From: a virus | Lineage: Duplodnaviria; Caudoviricetes | IMG/VR virus record: IMGVR_UViG_3300044730_000684 | Coordinates: 1 to 56,756 of that record | DNA length: 56,756 nucleotides | Reading direction: 5' to 3' (one strand) | Shown here: positions 7,885 to 17,546 of the stretch, one piece after another | Position numbering within the stretch: the first letter of the stretch is position 1 | Layout: each line of letters starts with the position of its first letter | Translations under genes and position numbers: made by a program | Notes under the pieces: generated by a model | What the model saw: only the letters and a program-made list of their open reading frames with translations | Databases searched by the model: none | What the model was told of the DNA's origin: nothing

Positions 7885-10800
7885 ATGAGTCGTTTTTACA
7901 CCTATGGTGACATCCCTGACGTAAGAGGGGAGTTTTACGAAGAAGGACCCAGTGGTCTTGGTTTTTTTTCTGAACCATCGTTTGACTACTCACCTGTATT
8001 TTCGCAGCCTTTAGAAGATGCTCCTTTAAGTTACTTTCAAGATGATCGACAACTAGAGTTGGATCGTCAGGCTGAAGAGAGACGCCAGTTTGAACTTTTT
8101 GAAGCACAGCGCAGACAGGCTGAGCAAGAATATGCTCGTCGCCTTGAACAAGAGCGTGCAATTGAACTTGCTCGGCAACAACAGATTGCGCGTGAGCAAG
8201 AGGCTGCGCGACAAGCAGAAGCTGCGCGTGTTGCTGAAATGGTCCGTCAGCAGGAGATGGCTCGACAAGAAGCATTAAGACAGCAAGAGATGGCTCGTCA
8301 AGAGGCATTAAGACAACAAGAGATTGTTAGACAGCAAGAAATGGCTCGTCAAGAAGCGGAGCGTCAGCGTCAGGCTGAGATTGCTCGTCAGGCTGAACTT
8401 CAGAGACAGGCCGAAATGCTGCGCCAACAAGAAATGGCGCGTCAAGAAGCTCTTCGTCAAGCAGAAATGGCTCGTCAACAAGAGATGGCTCGACAACAAG
8501 AGCTTGCAAGACAAGAAGTTGAGCGTCAGCGACAAATTGAAGTTGCGCGTCAGCAGGAAATTGCAAGACAAGAGGCTGCTCGTCGCGCAGAAGAATCTCG
8601 TCGTGCAGAGGATTTAAGGCGTGTTGAGCAGCAACGTATTGCCGAGGAGACTCGTCGTGCAGAGCAGGCCCGTCTTGCTCGTGAAGCACAACTAGCGCGA
8701 GAAGCCGAGGTTGCTCGTAGAGCAGAAGAGGAAGCAACCAGTCGTCGTCAAGCCGAGGCTGCAAGAAGAGAGCAGGAGCGTGTTGCTGCTGAGCAAGCGC
8801 GTCTTGAGCAAGAACGGGCTGCTGAAGCGCAGCGTCAGGCTGAGATTCAGCGTCAGGCCGAACTGCAACGCCAAGAAACAGAGCGTCAGGAAGCTGCCCG
8901 TCGCCAAGCGGAAATGGCAGAGATGCAACGTCGTCAAGCGGAGCAAGAAAACTCTATGCGTGTTGAGCAAGAGCGTCAAGCACAACTTCAGCGTCAGCAA
9001 GAGCTGGCTGATTTGCAGCGTCGTGAAGAGGCTCGTAGGGCAGAAGAAGAGCGAGCAAGAATTCCAACTCCTCAAGAAGAAGTTGCTATTTCACAACCGC
9101 CGCTTAGTCAGGTTGGAGATGAGTTAATTCCGCAAGCTCCTCCTGAAGATCCAATGCGTGGAGTTAGTGGTCCGGAAATGTTTCGTTGGTCAGACGGGAC
9201 ATATCACTTTAGACCTGAAGAATCTGGTCAAAGAACTCCAATTGATCAGCTTCCTGACTATTATCGTCGCTTAACTGAAGAGGCTTTGGCTAAGTCGCCT
9301 CTGCAAGATATTCCAGACTATATGCGTCAAAATCTTGTAGGGCCGTCTCGCACTCCTCCAGAAATGCCTGAAGAATTAATTCCCACTCCTCGCGGGGAAA
9401 ATGTTCCGATTTCACCGCTTACCTCGCTGCCTAGTGGCCCAGACCCAATTAGCGACTCTTGGGGATATCGTGGTGAAAATGTTCCGGTAGCGCCGCTTGA
9501 AAGTTTACCCGGACCGGGATTGGCTGGAGATGATGGAAGACTTCCGCGTGGGGAGGACGTTCCGGTAGCGCCGCTTTCTGCCCCAACCTCCTCTGGAGCA
9601 GCGCCATCAAATTGGCTTGAAAACATGAAGCAATTTACTGGTGGCGCTACACCATCTCCGCTTGCTTACCTTTCAACCAAAGGAACAGGAGGTGCTAACA
9701 TTCAAGAAGGCACTCCTCAAAAAACGCTTTCTGATCTTCTTAAAGCAAACAAATTTGAAGAAGCATTTAAATTTGCTGAAGCAAACAATCTTCAACAATT
9801 GCTTGCTGTTCCTGCTTATCTTAGGGACCTTCGTGATCCATTTACCAAAGAAGAAGCGCAACAGTTTTTAAACGCTGCTCCAGCAAACTTTTTGCCAAAC
9901 CTTTCCGGTACTGGAAATCTTGAAAAGTTTACATTTGATCCGCGTGGTGCGGCAGAGCGTGGCGCTTTTGGGTGGATGGGGTTTGACGAAAAAGGTCAAC
10001 CTATTGCATCTGAAACTGGGTTTCCAAGACTTGATGCGGCTTGGAAAGTTGAAGAACTTGATCCTAAAGAAAGCATTTTTCAAAAAATATTTAAAGCTGC
10101 TGCGCTTGCCACTGCCGTTGCTGGGGGTGCGCAACTTCTTGGTGGAGTAGGCGGCGCTGGTGGCGCCACGGCAGGTGGGGCTGCTGGAGGTGCTGGAGCA
10201 GGTGCTGGCGGATTGGCTCCGGTGATTCCTGCTGGCGTTCTTCCCGGATCGACTGCGGCTGCACTGGGTGGTGGATTGCAGACATTTGTTATTCCCGGAA
10301 CCGCAGCCGCTGGGGGTCTTGGCGCAGCCGGAACCGCTGGTCTTATTGGCGGCGGACTTGCTGCCTCTCAACTTGGCGGCGGGGCTGCGGCTGCGCCTAC
10401 GGCATCGACTGCTCCAACCACGCCTGTTGATCCACTTCAAGAAATTCTTGTCACCGGATCAAAAGTTCCCCCCGCTAGTTTAAGCGCAATCGGCCCCGGC
10501 ACTTTGGCATCTTTAAACTTGATGCGCGGTGTCAGCGATATTCCGGTAGACATTTATGGAAGACCTGTTGAGCCACCTCCGGCAGAAGCTCCGCCTGAAA
10601 CGCCGCCAGAAGAGCCGCTTAAGGAAATCCTTGTTACCGCACCTAAACCTATTTCTGCCTTAGATATTGCAGCGGGTGCTACGGTGCCTGCGCTTTCTAA
10701 AACAATTGCAGACATGGGGTACAGAGCGCCTGCTTTTGAAGGAACTCCGATTGAGAATATCCCTGAAGTTGTTGTTCAAGGAACCGCTCCAAAGCCGATT

Positions 10801-11589
10801 GACTTAACTTCGGTTGTTGGTCCCTTGACTGCTGCTCAACTAACGCAGGGCTTTACACAGCCTCAAGTTGATCCAACAACGGGTGAACTTAAAGAGCCGC
10901 CTAAGACGCAGCAGGAGTTGGATGCTATTGAAGAAGCCTTGAAGACCGGCAAACCAATACCGGGAACTGCAAGCGTTGTTGATAAAATTAAGGACGCTTA
11001 CGATAAATATAAGAAAATTAAAAGTATTGCGCAGATTCTTGGCGGTCTTGGTGCAGCCGCTACTGGGTATAAAAAACCAGTTGCCACAGCAGCAGCACCC
11101 CCCACAGTTTTAGGCGGCGCGTTGCCGAAGTACACTTATGCCCGTCAGCAACTGAGCCCAGACATTGATTACTACACCTACGGCACTCGACCGGAGGCGC
11201 GGTTCTTTGAACAGGGGCTTAAATTAGAACAGCCTACGCAACCTGAGCCGCCGCAACTTCCGCCCTCTAAGCCACCGGGTGATGAGCCGGTCTTTGCCAC
11301 GGGCGGTCTGACGGGCTATGCCAAGGGTGGTAGCAAGAAGTCCCGTTACGTTGCTGGCCCCGGCTCCGGACGGGATGACAAAATCCCGGCGCTGCTGAGC
11401 GATGGGGAATACGTGATTGATGCTGAAACGCTGGCTCTGCTCGGGGACGGCTCGACCAAGGAAGGTGCTCGGCGCATGGATAAGTTCCGTGCTAATATCC
11501 GCAAGCACAAGGGTCGTGCCCTATCGCGTGGCCGGATTAGTCCAAACGCAAAATCGCCTAGTAAATACATGGGCGGAGGGTTGACCTAA
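7885..11589 (+). CDS. Large internal virion (ejection) protein, 1234 aa
   Basis: About 330-aa E/R/Q/A helix, Pro-rich repeats, Gly/Ala hydrophobic segment, C-terminal GPGSGRDDKIPALLSDGEYVIDA domain; follows the nozzle gene. Confidence 0.75.
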   Translation: MSRFYTYGDIPDVRGEFYEEGPSGLGFFSEPSFDYSPVFSQPLEDAPLSYFQDDRQLELDRQAEERRQFELFEAQRRQAEQEYARRLEQERAIELARQQQIAREQEAARQAEAARVAEMVRQQEMARQEALRQQEMARQEALRQQEIVRQQEMARQEAERQRQAEIARQAELQRQAEMLRQQEMARQEALRQAEMARQQEMARQQELARQEVERQRQIEVARQQEIARQEAARRAEESRRAEDLRRVEQQRIAEETRRAEQARLAREAQLAREAEVARRAEEEATSRRQAEAARREQERVAAEQARLEQERAAEAQRQAEIQRQAELQRQETERQEAARRQAEMAEMQRRQAEQENSMRVEQERQAQLQRQQELADLQRREEARRAEEERARIPTPQEEVAISQPPLSQVGDELIPQAPPEDPMRGVSGPEMFRWSDGTYHFRPEESGQRTPIDQLPDYYRRLTEEALAKSPLQDIPDYMRQNLVGPSRTPPEMPEELIPTPRGENVPISPLTSLPSGPDPISDSWGYRGENVPVAPLESLPGPGLAGDDGRLPRGEDVPVAPLSAPTSSGAAPSNWLENMKQFTGGATPSPLAYLSTKGTGGANIQEGTPQKTLSDLLKANKFEEAFKFAEANNLQQLLAVPAYLRDLRDPFTKEEAQQFLNAAPANFLPNLSGTGNLEKFTFDPRGAAERGAFGWMGFDEKGQPIASETGFPRLDAAWKVEELDPKESIFQKIFKAAALATAVAGGAQLLGGVGGAGGATAGGAAGGAGAGAGGLAPVIPAGVLPGSTAAALGGGLQTFVIPGTAAAGGLGAAGTAGLIGGGLAASQLGGGAAAAPTASTAPTTPVDPLQEILVTGSKVPPASLSAIGPGTLASLNLMRGVSDIPVDIYGRPVEPPPAEAPPETPPEEPLKEILVTAPKPISALDIAAGATVPALSKTIADMGYRAPAFEGTPIENIPEVVVQGTAPKPIDLTSVVGPLTAAQLTQGFTQPQVDPTTGELKEPPKTQQELDAIEEALKTGKPIPGTASVVDKIKDAYDKYKKIKSIAQILGGLGAAATGYKKPVATAAAPPTVLGGALPKYTYARQQLSPDIDYYTYGTRPEARFFEQGLKLEQPTQPEPPQLPPSKPPGDEPVFATGGLTGYAKGGSKKSRYVAGPGSGRDDKIPALLSDGEYVIDAETLALLGDGSTKEGARRMDKFRANIRKHKGRALSRGRISPNAKSPSKYMGGGLT
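8245..8580 (+). repeat. Degenerate coding tandem repeats (RQQEMARQEAL-type)
   Basis: 33-bp units at 8245-8277 and 8278-8310 plus further degenerate RQxExA units. Confidence 0.85.
9391..9576 (+). repeat. Three coding repeats with a 78-bp period (RGE[ND]VP[IV][SA]PL)
   Basis: Units start at 9391, 9469 and 9547. Confidence 0.9.
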
Positions 11590-13028
11590 TGGGTGTCCTA
11601 GACTTTCTTTTTGAGGGCAGCGCCCCGACTCCCGGCACAACGACCGGAACCACCACTGTTCAATTGCCTGAGTGGTACACCCAGTACACCACCGACATGC
11701 TGGGGCGTGCTCAAGCAGCCGCAAACCTTCCGTATGCCCAGTATGGCGGTCCTCGGATTGCCGGGTTTACTCCGACTGAGAGAGCCGGGTTTGAGGCTAC
11801 CAAAGCCGCAGCGGCGGCGTATCAGCCTTTCCTACAGCAAGCCGGTGCCACTTTGGGTCAAGCAGGCGGAGTTAGCGGGATGGCAGCGGCTGAGCCAACA
11901 TTTGCCCAAGCGGCGGGTATGAGAGGTGCCGTTACGGCAGCGCCTTATTTTACTCAGGCCGGAGGGATGTCTGGATTAACGGCAGCTCAGCCCATGTTTA
12001 CGCAGGCCATGGCTCCGATTCAGCAGGCCGGTCAAGCATCGGCAGTAACCGCAGCCAGTCCCTTCTTGGCCGGTGCAGCTCGCACGTTCCCGCAGGCGGC
12101 TCAGGAATACATGAGTCCCTATCTCAAAAACGTCGTGGAGCAGATTGGCGACATTGGCGTGCGTCAGCTTCAAGAGAAATATCTTCCAGCGGTCGGCCAA
12201 GAGTTCATCCAAGCCGGTCAGTTTGGCGTGGGTCCGGGCAGCACCCGCATGGGCGAGTTTGGCGCTCGGGCGTTGCGCGATGTGAACGAAGCCATTATTG
12301 CCGAACAGGCCAAGGCGCTACAGGCGGGATACGGGCAGGCTGCGGACATTTACGGTCAGGATGTGGGTCGCTTGGCTCAGCTTGCCGGTACGGTCGGTCA
12401 GCTCAGCACGGCGGATTACAACCGGCTTCTTGAAAGCGGTGTTCGCATTGCCGACATTGGCGCAAAGACTGGACAGCTTACGAGTGACGATGCACAAAGA
12501 CTGGCCGAGATCGGAAAAGTAACAGGCACTCTTACGCAACAGGATGCCGCCAACCTTGCGCGAATCGGAGAGGCAAGAGGTCAGCTCTCTCAGCAAGATG
12601 CTGCCAATCTTCAGGCGCTGGCATCGAAGTACTCCATGCTCGGAGAGGCTTCTCAAACGATGGGCTTGCGAGGCGGAGAGGCTATTACCGGCGTTGGCGA
12701 AAAAGAGCGTCAGATGCAGCAGGCCAATCTCAACTTGGCCTATCAGGACTTCTTGCGTCAGGAGCAGTACCCGAAAGAGCAGATCAAGTTCTTGTCGGAT
12801 GTGCTTAGTGGCGTGCAGTTGCCTTCAACAACGGTTCAGACCAAAACAGAAATGCCAGCAATGCCGGGGGGTGCTTCTGGAATTGAAAAAGCAATCTCTG
12901 GTGGGACCGGAATAGGAACTCTTATTGATTTGTATAAAAAGTTCTTCCCATCCGGGTCAAGCGGCTCAACTACTATGCCAGACGTAGATTATATAGATGA
13001 GCTTCGACGGCTTGGCATTTTGAAATAA
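11589..13028 (+). CDS. Internal virion / DNA-transfer protein
   Basis: Y.GPRIAGFTP and YMSPY...V motifs, Gln/Ala/Gly-rich helices with 16- and 18-aa repeats, YQDFLRQEQYP. Confidence 0.75.
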   Translation: MGVLDFLFEGSAPTPGTTTGTTTVQLPEWYTQYTTDMLGRAQAAANLPYAQYGGPRIAGFTPTERAGFEATKAAAAAYQPFLQQAGATLGQAGGVSGMAAAEPTFAQAAGMRGAVTAAPYFTQAGGMSGLTAAQPMFTQAMAPIQQAGQASAVTAASPFLAGAARTFPQAAQEYMSPYLKNVVEQIGDIGVRQLQEKYLPAVGQEFIQAGQFGVGPGSTRMGEFGARALRDVNEAIIAEQAKALQAGYGQAADIYGQDVGRLAQLAGTVGQLSTADYNRLLESGVRIADIGAKTGQLTSDDAQRLAEIGKVTGTLTQQDAANLARIGEARGQLSQQDAANLQALASKYSMLGEASQTMGLRGGEAITGVGEKERQMQQANLNLAYQDFLRQEQYPKEQIKFLSDVLSGVQLPSTTVQTKTEMPAMPGGASGIEKAISGGTGIGTLIDLYKKFFPSGSSGSTTMPDVDYIDELRRLGILK

Positions 13029-13046
13029 GTTTAGGGAAAGATACTT

Positions 13047-14204
13047 ATGGACAGAGAAAAAGCCGCACTGCTTGGTCTTCCTTATGAAGAGGAAGGGGTT
13101 GAAGCTCCTTTATCCGGCATTAGCTATCGCGATCTTTTGCGTAAACGCCTTCAAAAAGATATTGAAGAGTCTGAAACGGAAGAGAGCCAAAGCTTTCAAA
13201 CTGTCCTTAACAACATTGAACTGGCCAAGCAGCGTCTTTTAGCTCAGCCTTCGCGCCAAGAGACTCTTCAGCAAATAGCGTCCAAGCTGACGCAGCCTAG
13301 GGGGCGTACTGATCCGCGCTTTTTCGAGCGGCGAAACCTATACACGTTCTTGCGTGATATTGGTGAGTACGGATCTGAGCGAGAGGCTGCGCAAAAGAAG
13401 GCACAAGAACAAGCGGCTAAGCTTGAAGATCTTGCTGCTAAGTACAAGTTTGAGCGTGCGCAAGAGCGCGGCAGTAAGGCTCGCCAGTTGATGGCGCAGT
13501 ACTTGTCGAAGGAAGAGGCTGAACTTCCTTCTGAGGTTCGTCAGGTTGAGTACTATCAAAACATTGTTGCAAATCCCAATCAGTTTGCTCCAGACAGAGT
13601 TCAGTTTGCAAAAGACTGGCTTGCAAAAAATGTTCGTGTTCCGGAAGACGGAAAAGATAAGACTGGGCTTTCTCCGGCTGAGATTAGATCTATTGGTATG
13701 GAAGTTCGATCGCAGACTGACCCAGCTAGAGAAAAAGTTGGTTTCGCAAATGATGCCCTTGGCAAGTTAAAGCTTGCTATGGAGGGTAACCCGCAGGCCG
13801 AGGTTCAGGTTGACCGTGCTTTGGCAACGCTTGCTGGCGATAAGCAACTCAGTCTTGCGGAAGTTCAGAGCATTACCGGAGCTGGGTCTTTTGCTCAGCG
13901 CGTAACTAACGCTATCAGCAAGTTTTTTACTGGCGGCGCTGGCGAGCTTACAAATGAGCAGAAAAAAGAACTTCTTGAGTTTTACGAAGATTATTACGGT
14001 AATGCCTTTAACAACGCTAGGGAGCGTGTAAAAAGAATTTATTCTGGCACTGGATATGAAGCTTTGCCAGAAGACATCTTTGGCTCTCGCTATGTAACTA
14101 TTCGTGAGAAAAGAGAAAAGCAAGAAAGAGAGGCAGCTTCTGCTAAACCGGAAGGCGGGTCTATTAGCACAAGCACCGGCAAAACAGGCAGAAAGGTAGA
14201 TTAA
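13047..14204 (+). CDS. Probable internal virion protein (helical)
   Basis: 385-aa charged helical ORF within the ejection-gene block, with an RBS. Confidence 0.65.
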   Translation: MDREKAALLGLPYEEEGVEAPLSGISYRDLLRKRLQKDIEESETEESQSFQTVLNNIELAKQRLLAQPSRQETLQQIASKLTQPRGRTDPRFFERRNLYTFLRDIGEYGSEREAAQKKAQEQAAKLEDLAAKYKFERAQERGSKARQLMAQYLSKEEAELPSEVRQVEYYQNIVANPNQFAPDRVQFAKDWLAKNVRVPEDGKDKTGLSPAEIRSIGMEVRSQTDPAREKVGFANDALGKLKLAMEGNPQAEVQVDRALATLAGDKQLSLAEVQSITGAGSFAQRVTNAISKFFTGGAGELTNEQKKELLEFYEDYYGNAFNNARERVKRIYSGTGYEALPEDIFGSRYVTIREKREKQEREAASAKPEGGSISTSTGKTGRKVD

Positions 14205-14216
14205 TAGGGGACTTCG

Positions 14217-17200
14217 ATGGCTAATAATGTCTACGTAATTGCTGGCCAGAAGTACGCATTTGACGAGCCGCTGACCCCAGCAGAGCTGCGCGAACTTGAG
14301 GAAAAGCTTGGCGGCAAGCCTGCTGCTCCTACGCCCGCTCCTGCTCCTGTTGCGGCTCCTGCCCCTGCTCCCGTTGCTCCCAAAAAGCCGGGAGAACCTA
14401 CCGGCACGCTTGAGTACCTTTGGAATGCTGCGAAAAGAGGTGTAACGGGGACGACTTCTATGCTTGGCGCTGGATATGAAACCGCCGTCGAGATGAATAG
14501 AAGACTTGAGGAAATGGCCGAACGTGCGCGTCGTGAAAAAATGGGGGTTAGAGAGCGTTTACAAATGTTTCGCGAAAGCGATTACTTCCCAAGCCTTTCT
14601 GAACTTGCAGAAAAGTATGGCGAACAACAGCGTAGAGCCGCTCGTGTAACTGGCGCTCGTGATTTAACGGCTCCGGGTCCTGTGACAGAAATTGTTGGAG
14701 CTGGTGTTGAGGCTGCGACAGATCCGTTTGGTTTGGTAGGTAAACTAAAGGCCATTCCAACAATTGGCCGCGCTACTGGTGAGTTCTTAACCGGCGTTTC
14801 GGCGGACATTGCAGGTCGTGGTGGCGCTGCGGCTGAAAAGGCCATTACTGGCGAGGAGTCAGGAACAGGTCGTTTAGTAGCCTCTTTGGCGGGCGGTGCT
14901 GCAAGCGCGTCTCAGCGCGAGGCTTTAGCAAAACTTGCTGAAGAAGTAGCTGAAAAGGCAAGGCAAGTACCGCTGCGCGCTTCCTCTGTCAAGGCGGAAG
15001 AAGATTATGCCAAGGGCGCTGCCAAGCGGTTGCTTGAATTTGCAGCTAAAGAGCAGGGCGCTAAGTCCATTGACGAAATTATCGCTGAAGCTGGAGAAGC
15101 CTCTCGTTTTGCTGCGGGTAAAGAAGCGCCGTTGCTTGTTGCTATGGCGGATAACCCTGTAATCAGGCAGCAGGTCATTAGGCTTGCCAAGAGCGATCCT
15201 GTATTTCGCCAACAAGTTAATGAAACACTGGCTTCGCTTCGTGGCGACATGCGTGCAAAGGTTGAGAAGATCTTTGGCGTTCGTTATGAAGCTGGCGGCA
15301 AAGAAGCGTCGATTTTTGAACCGGGATATGTTCCGGGTAAAGAGCCTCCAAAGGGTGTTGATGTAGGAAACGTAGCCCAAAGACGAGAGGCACTAACTCG
15401 ACGTATTGAGGATATTGCGTCTGGGTTTGAGCCTACTAAGTCCAAGGAAGAGATTGGCGCTAGCATTGAAAGTCTTGTTGAAGACAAGAAAAAGCTTGCT
15501 CGTCAGGAAGTTTCTCCCGAGTACGAAAGCCTTTTGGCAGAGGCCCGTAGTTCTGGTGTAAAAATGCCGCCAGAGGGCGTTGGTACTATTTACGACTTTG
15601 TTCGTCAAAACAATTTGCGCGACATTTTTGGAAAAGGAACAGACCTTGACCGTCGCATCATGGGCGTTTTAGCTCCGAAAGAAATGCCTGTTCCGGGAAC
15701 TGCTGAAACCGTTACCGAACACTTGCCCATGAGCTTTGACAACGTAGAGTCACTCAAGAAGGCAATTAACGAACTCAAGCGGCAGCGTATGAGCGAAGAC
15801 TCAATGCGCAAAGTTTTGCAGCTTGAAGAGGTGGTTGACGAAGCTCGTAAGACCATACCTGGAGACTTTAGCGACAGGCTTAACGCAATTGACTTGAAAT
15901 ACTACGAAAAGGTAGGCGTGCCGTTTGGCGCTCAAGGCGTTAAAGATATTGACTCCAAAAAGTACGCGACTCAGGTTGCTCCTGTCATCGTTAAGAACAG
16001 CGAGTCTTTTGATCAGTTTATCCGTGCTGTGGGAAAAGAGCAGGGGTACAAGATTGCCGAAGACTCCATTATTAGTGAGATTTACGATAGAGCGGTTAAA
16101 AACGGTGAGTTAAATCCCGGCGCTTTGGCCAAGTATCTCAAAACTAAAGAGGGCATCATTCGTCAGATTCCGGGTCTTGAGGACAAGCTTCGCACGGCTC
16201 TTTCCGACGATTCTGCTTTAAGAGCAAGGATTAGCCAGCTTGACGACGCTGCGGCTGCGGCTGAAAAACGTATTGCGGATAACGCGCTGACTAAGTTCGA
16301 TGCGCCTAACTACAACGCGCTTGCTCGTTCTTTTATGGTCGATCCCAAGTCGCGTGAGAAGCTGCTGCGGGATATTGGTGACTTGGACGCTGATTCTGCC
16401 AAGGCTGTTCGTCGAACTCTTCGTGCTGAAGTTATTGCTTTGGCAGATGAGAACCCGGCTGGGTTTATGGATTACTTGATGAATCCGGCGAACAAGGATG
16501 CCTTGGACAAGATCTTTGGCTCTGCGTTCCAGCCTGCCTTGAAAAAAGTAGGGTTGATGGCTGACAAGCTTTCTCAAGCCGATATCAGCAAGGTAGGCGT
16601 TGCCGTAACTAAAGAAGACCTAGACCCGCTAGCAAAACTGGCTCCGGGCTTGGATATTCCCTACATCTCGTCAACTTTTCGAGATCGCATCACGAGCTTG
16701 CCGCAAAAGATTGTTCGATTGATGTCTCGTGTTAACTCTGCGCGTCTGTTGCAAAAAACCGACGAAACGATCAAGGAGCTATTGCTTGACCCGAACGGGG
16801 TGCAAAAGTTGGCCAACGTAGCTACGGAGATCGACTTCTCACTAAATGCTGCGGATAAAGTCAAAAAGCTGGGGAATGCTGTTGCGGCGGTATTGCCACG
16901 CGCTTTCTACACCTCCGGAAAAACTGCCGTAGCCGGAGAGGAACGTGAGCAGCGTGCTGAAGAGCGACGCAAAGAAGTTAGCTCAGATATCGTTTTAGGC
17001 GGCTTTGAGGATGAGTTTGGACAACCATCAGAGAGTGGTGCCCCGCCTATTTCTGCTCCGCCAGAAGCTCCTGAAGAGGGAGCTGAGCCTTACAGCTACG
17101 AAAGCCTGACCAGCAATCAGGTCAACGAACTGGGGCGCTATCTCGATTCTTTGGGCATCAACAAAGACTTCTTGATGAATCCCCAAACATTTAATTCCAC

Positions 17201-17318
17201 CCCCATAGAAAAGCGTAAGCAATTGTTTGCGCGGCTTCAAGCGAAAAACATGGCCCGTGGCGGAGTTATGTACACACCTGCTGAGCAGAACTTGCTAAGA
17301 AGGTACGCAAGCAGGTAG
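14217..17318 (+). CDS. Large probable internal virion (ejection) protein, 1033 aa
   Basis: Helical, PAPA linker, Gly/Ala membrane-like segment; last large gene of the virion operon. Confidence 0.7.
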   Translation: MANNVYVIAGQKYAFDEPLTPAELRELEEKLGGKPAAPTPAPAPVAAPAPAPVAPKKPGEPTGTLEYLWNAAKRGVTGTTSMLGAGYETAVEMNRRLEEMAERARREKMGVRERLQMFRESDYFPSLSELAEKYGEQQRRAARVTGARDLTAPGPVTEIVGAGVEAATDPFGLVGKLKAIPTIGRATGEFLTGVSADIAGRGGAAAEKAITGEESGTGRLVASLAGGAASASQREALAKLAEEVAEKARQVPLRASSVKAEEDYAKGAAKRLLEFAAKEQGAKSIDEIIAEAGEASRFAAGKEAPLLVAMADNPVIRQQVIRLAKSDPVFRQQVNETLASLRGDMRAKVEKIFGVRYEAGGKEASIFEPGYVPGKEPPKGVDVGNVAQRREALTRRIEDIASGFEPTKSKEEIGASIESLVEDKKKLARQEVSPEYESLLAEARSSGVKMPPEGVGTIYDFVRQNNLRDIFGKGTDLDRRIMGVLAPKEMPVPGTAETVTEHLPMSFDNVESLKKAINELKRQRMSEDSMRKVLQLEEVVDEARKTIPGDFSDRLNAIDLKYYEKVGVPFGAQGVKDIDSKKYATQVAPVIVKNSESFDQFIRAVGKEQGYKIAEDSIISEIYDRAVKNGELNPGALAKYLKTKEGIIRQIPGLEDKLRTALSDDSALRARISQLDDAAAAAEKRIADNALTKFDAPNYNALARSFMVDPKSREKLLRDIGDLDADSAKAVRRTLRAEVIALADENPAGFMDYLMNPANKDALDKIFGSAFQPALKKVGLMADKLSQADISKVGVAVTKEDLDPLAKLAPGLDIPYISSTFRDRITSLPQKIVRLMSRVNSARLLQKTDETIKELLLDPNGVQKLANVATEIDFSLNAADKVKKLGNAVAAVLPRAFYTSGKTAVAGEEREQRAEERRKEVSSDIVLGGFEDEFGQPSESGAPPISAPPEAPEEGAEPYSYESLTSNQVNELGRYLDSLGINKDFLMNPQTFNSTPIEKRKQLFARLQAKNMARGGVMYTPAEQNLLRRYASR

Positions 17319-17328
17319 AGTCAACCCC

Positions 17329-17544
17329 ATGAAAAAGCGGGAGAAGTACATCCCTGTCCAGATTGAGGATGGGAAGTGGTACCGCATGAGGGGTTACACG
17401 CACACGGAGTGCTGTGACTGTGCACTTGTACACAAGGAAGAGTTCCGCGTGGTGGACGGCCATATTGAATGGCGGGCTGTTAGGGATGACAAGGCTACGG
17501 AAAAACGCCGCAAGGAACTCGGCATCAAAATCACCAAGAAGTAA
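17329..17544 (+). CDS. Small Cys/His (zinc-ribbon-like) protein
   Basis: HTECCDCALVH motif. Confidence 0.7.
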   Translation: MKKREKYIPVQIEDGKWYRMRGYTHTECCDCALVHKEEFRVVDGHIEWRAVRDDKATEKRRKELGIKITKK

Positions 17545-17546
17545 TC

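Noticed and set aside
8053-9127. Many overlapping Leu/Ser-rich antisense and off-frame ORFs
   Set aside because: Shadows of the repetitive E/R/Q/A coding sequence
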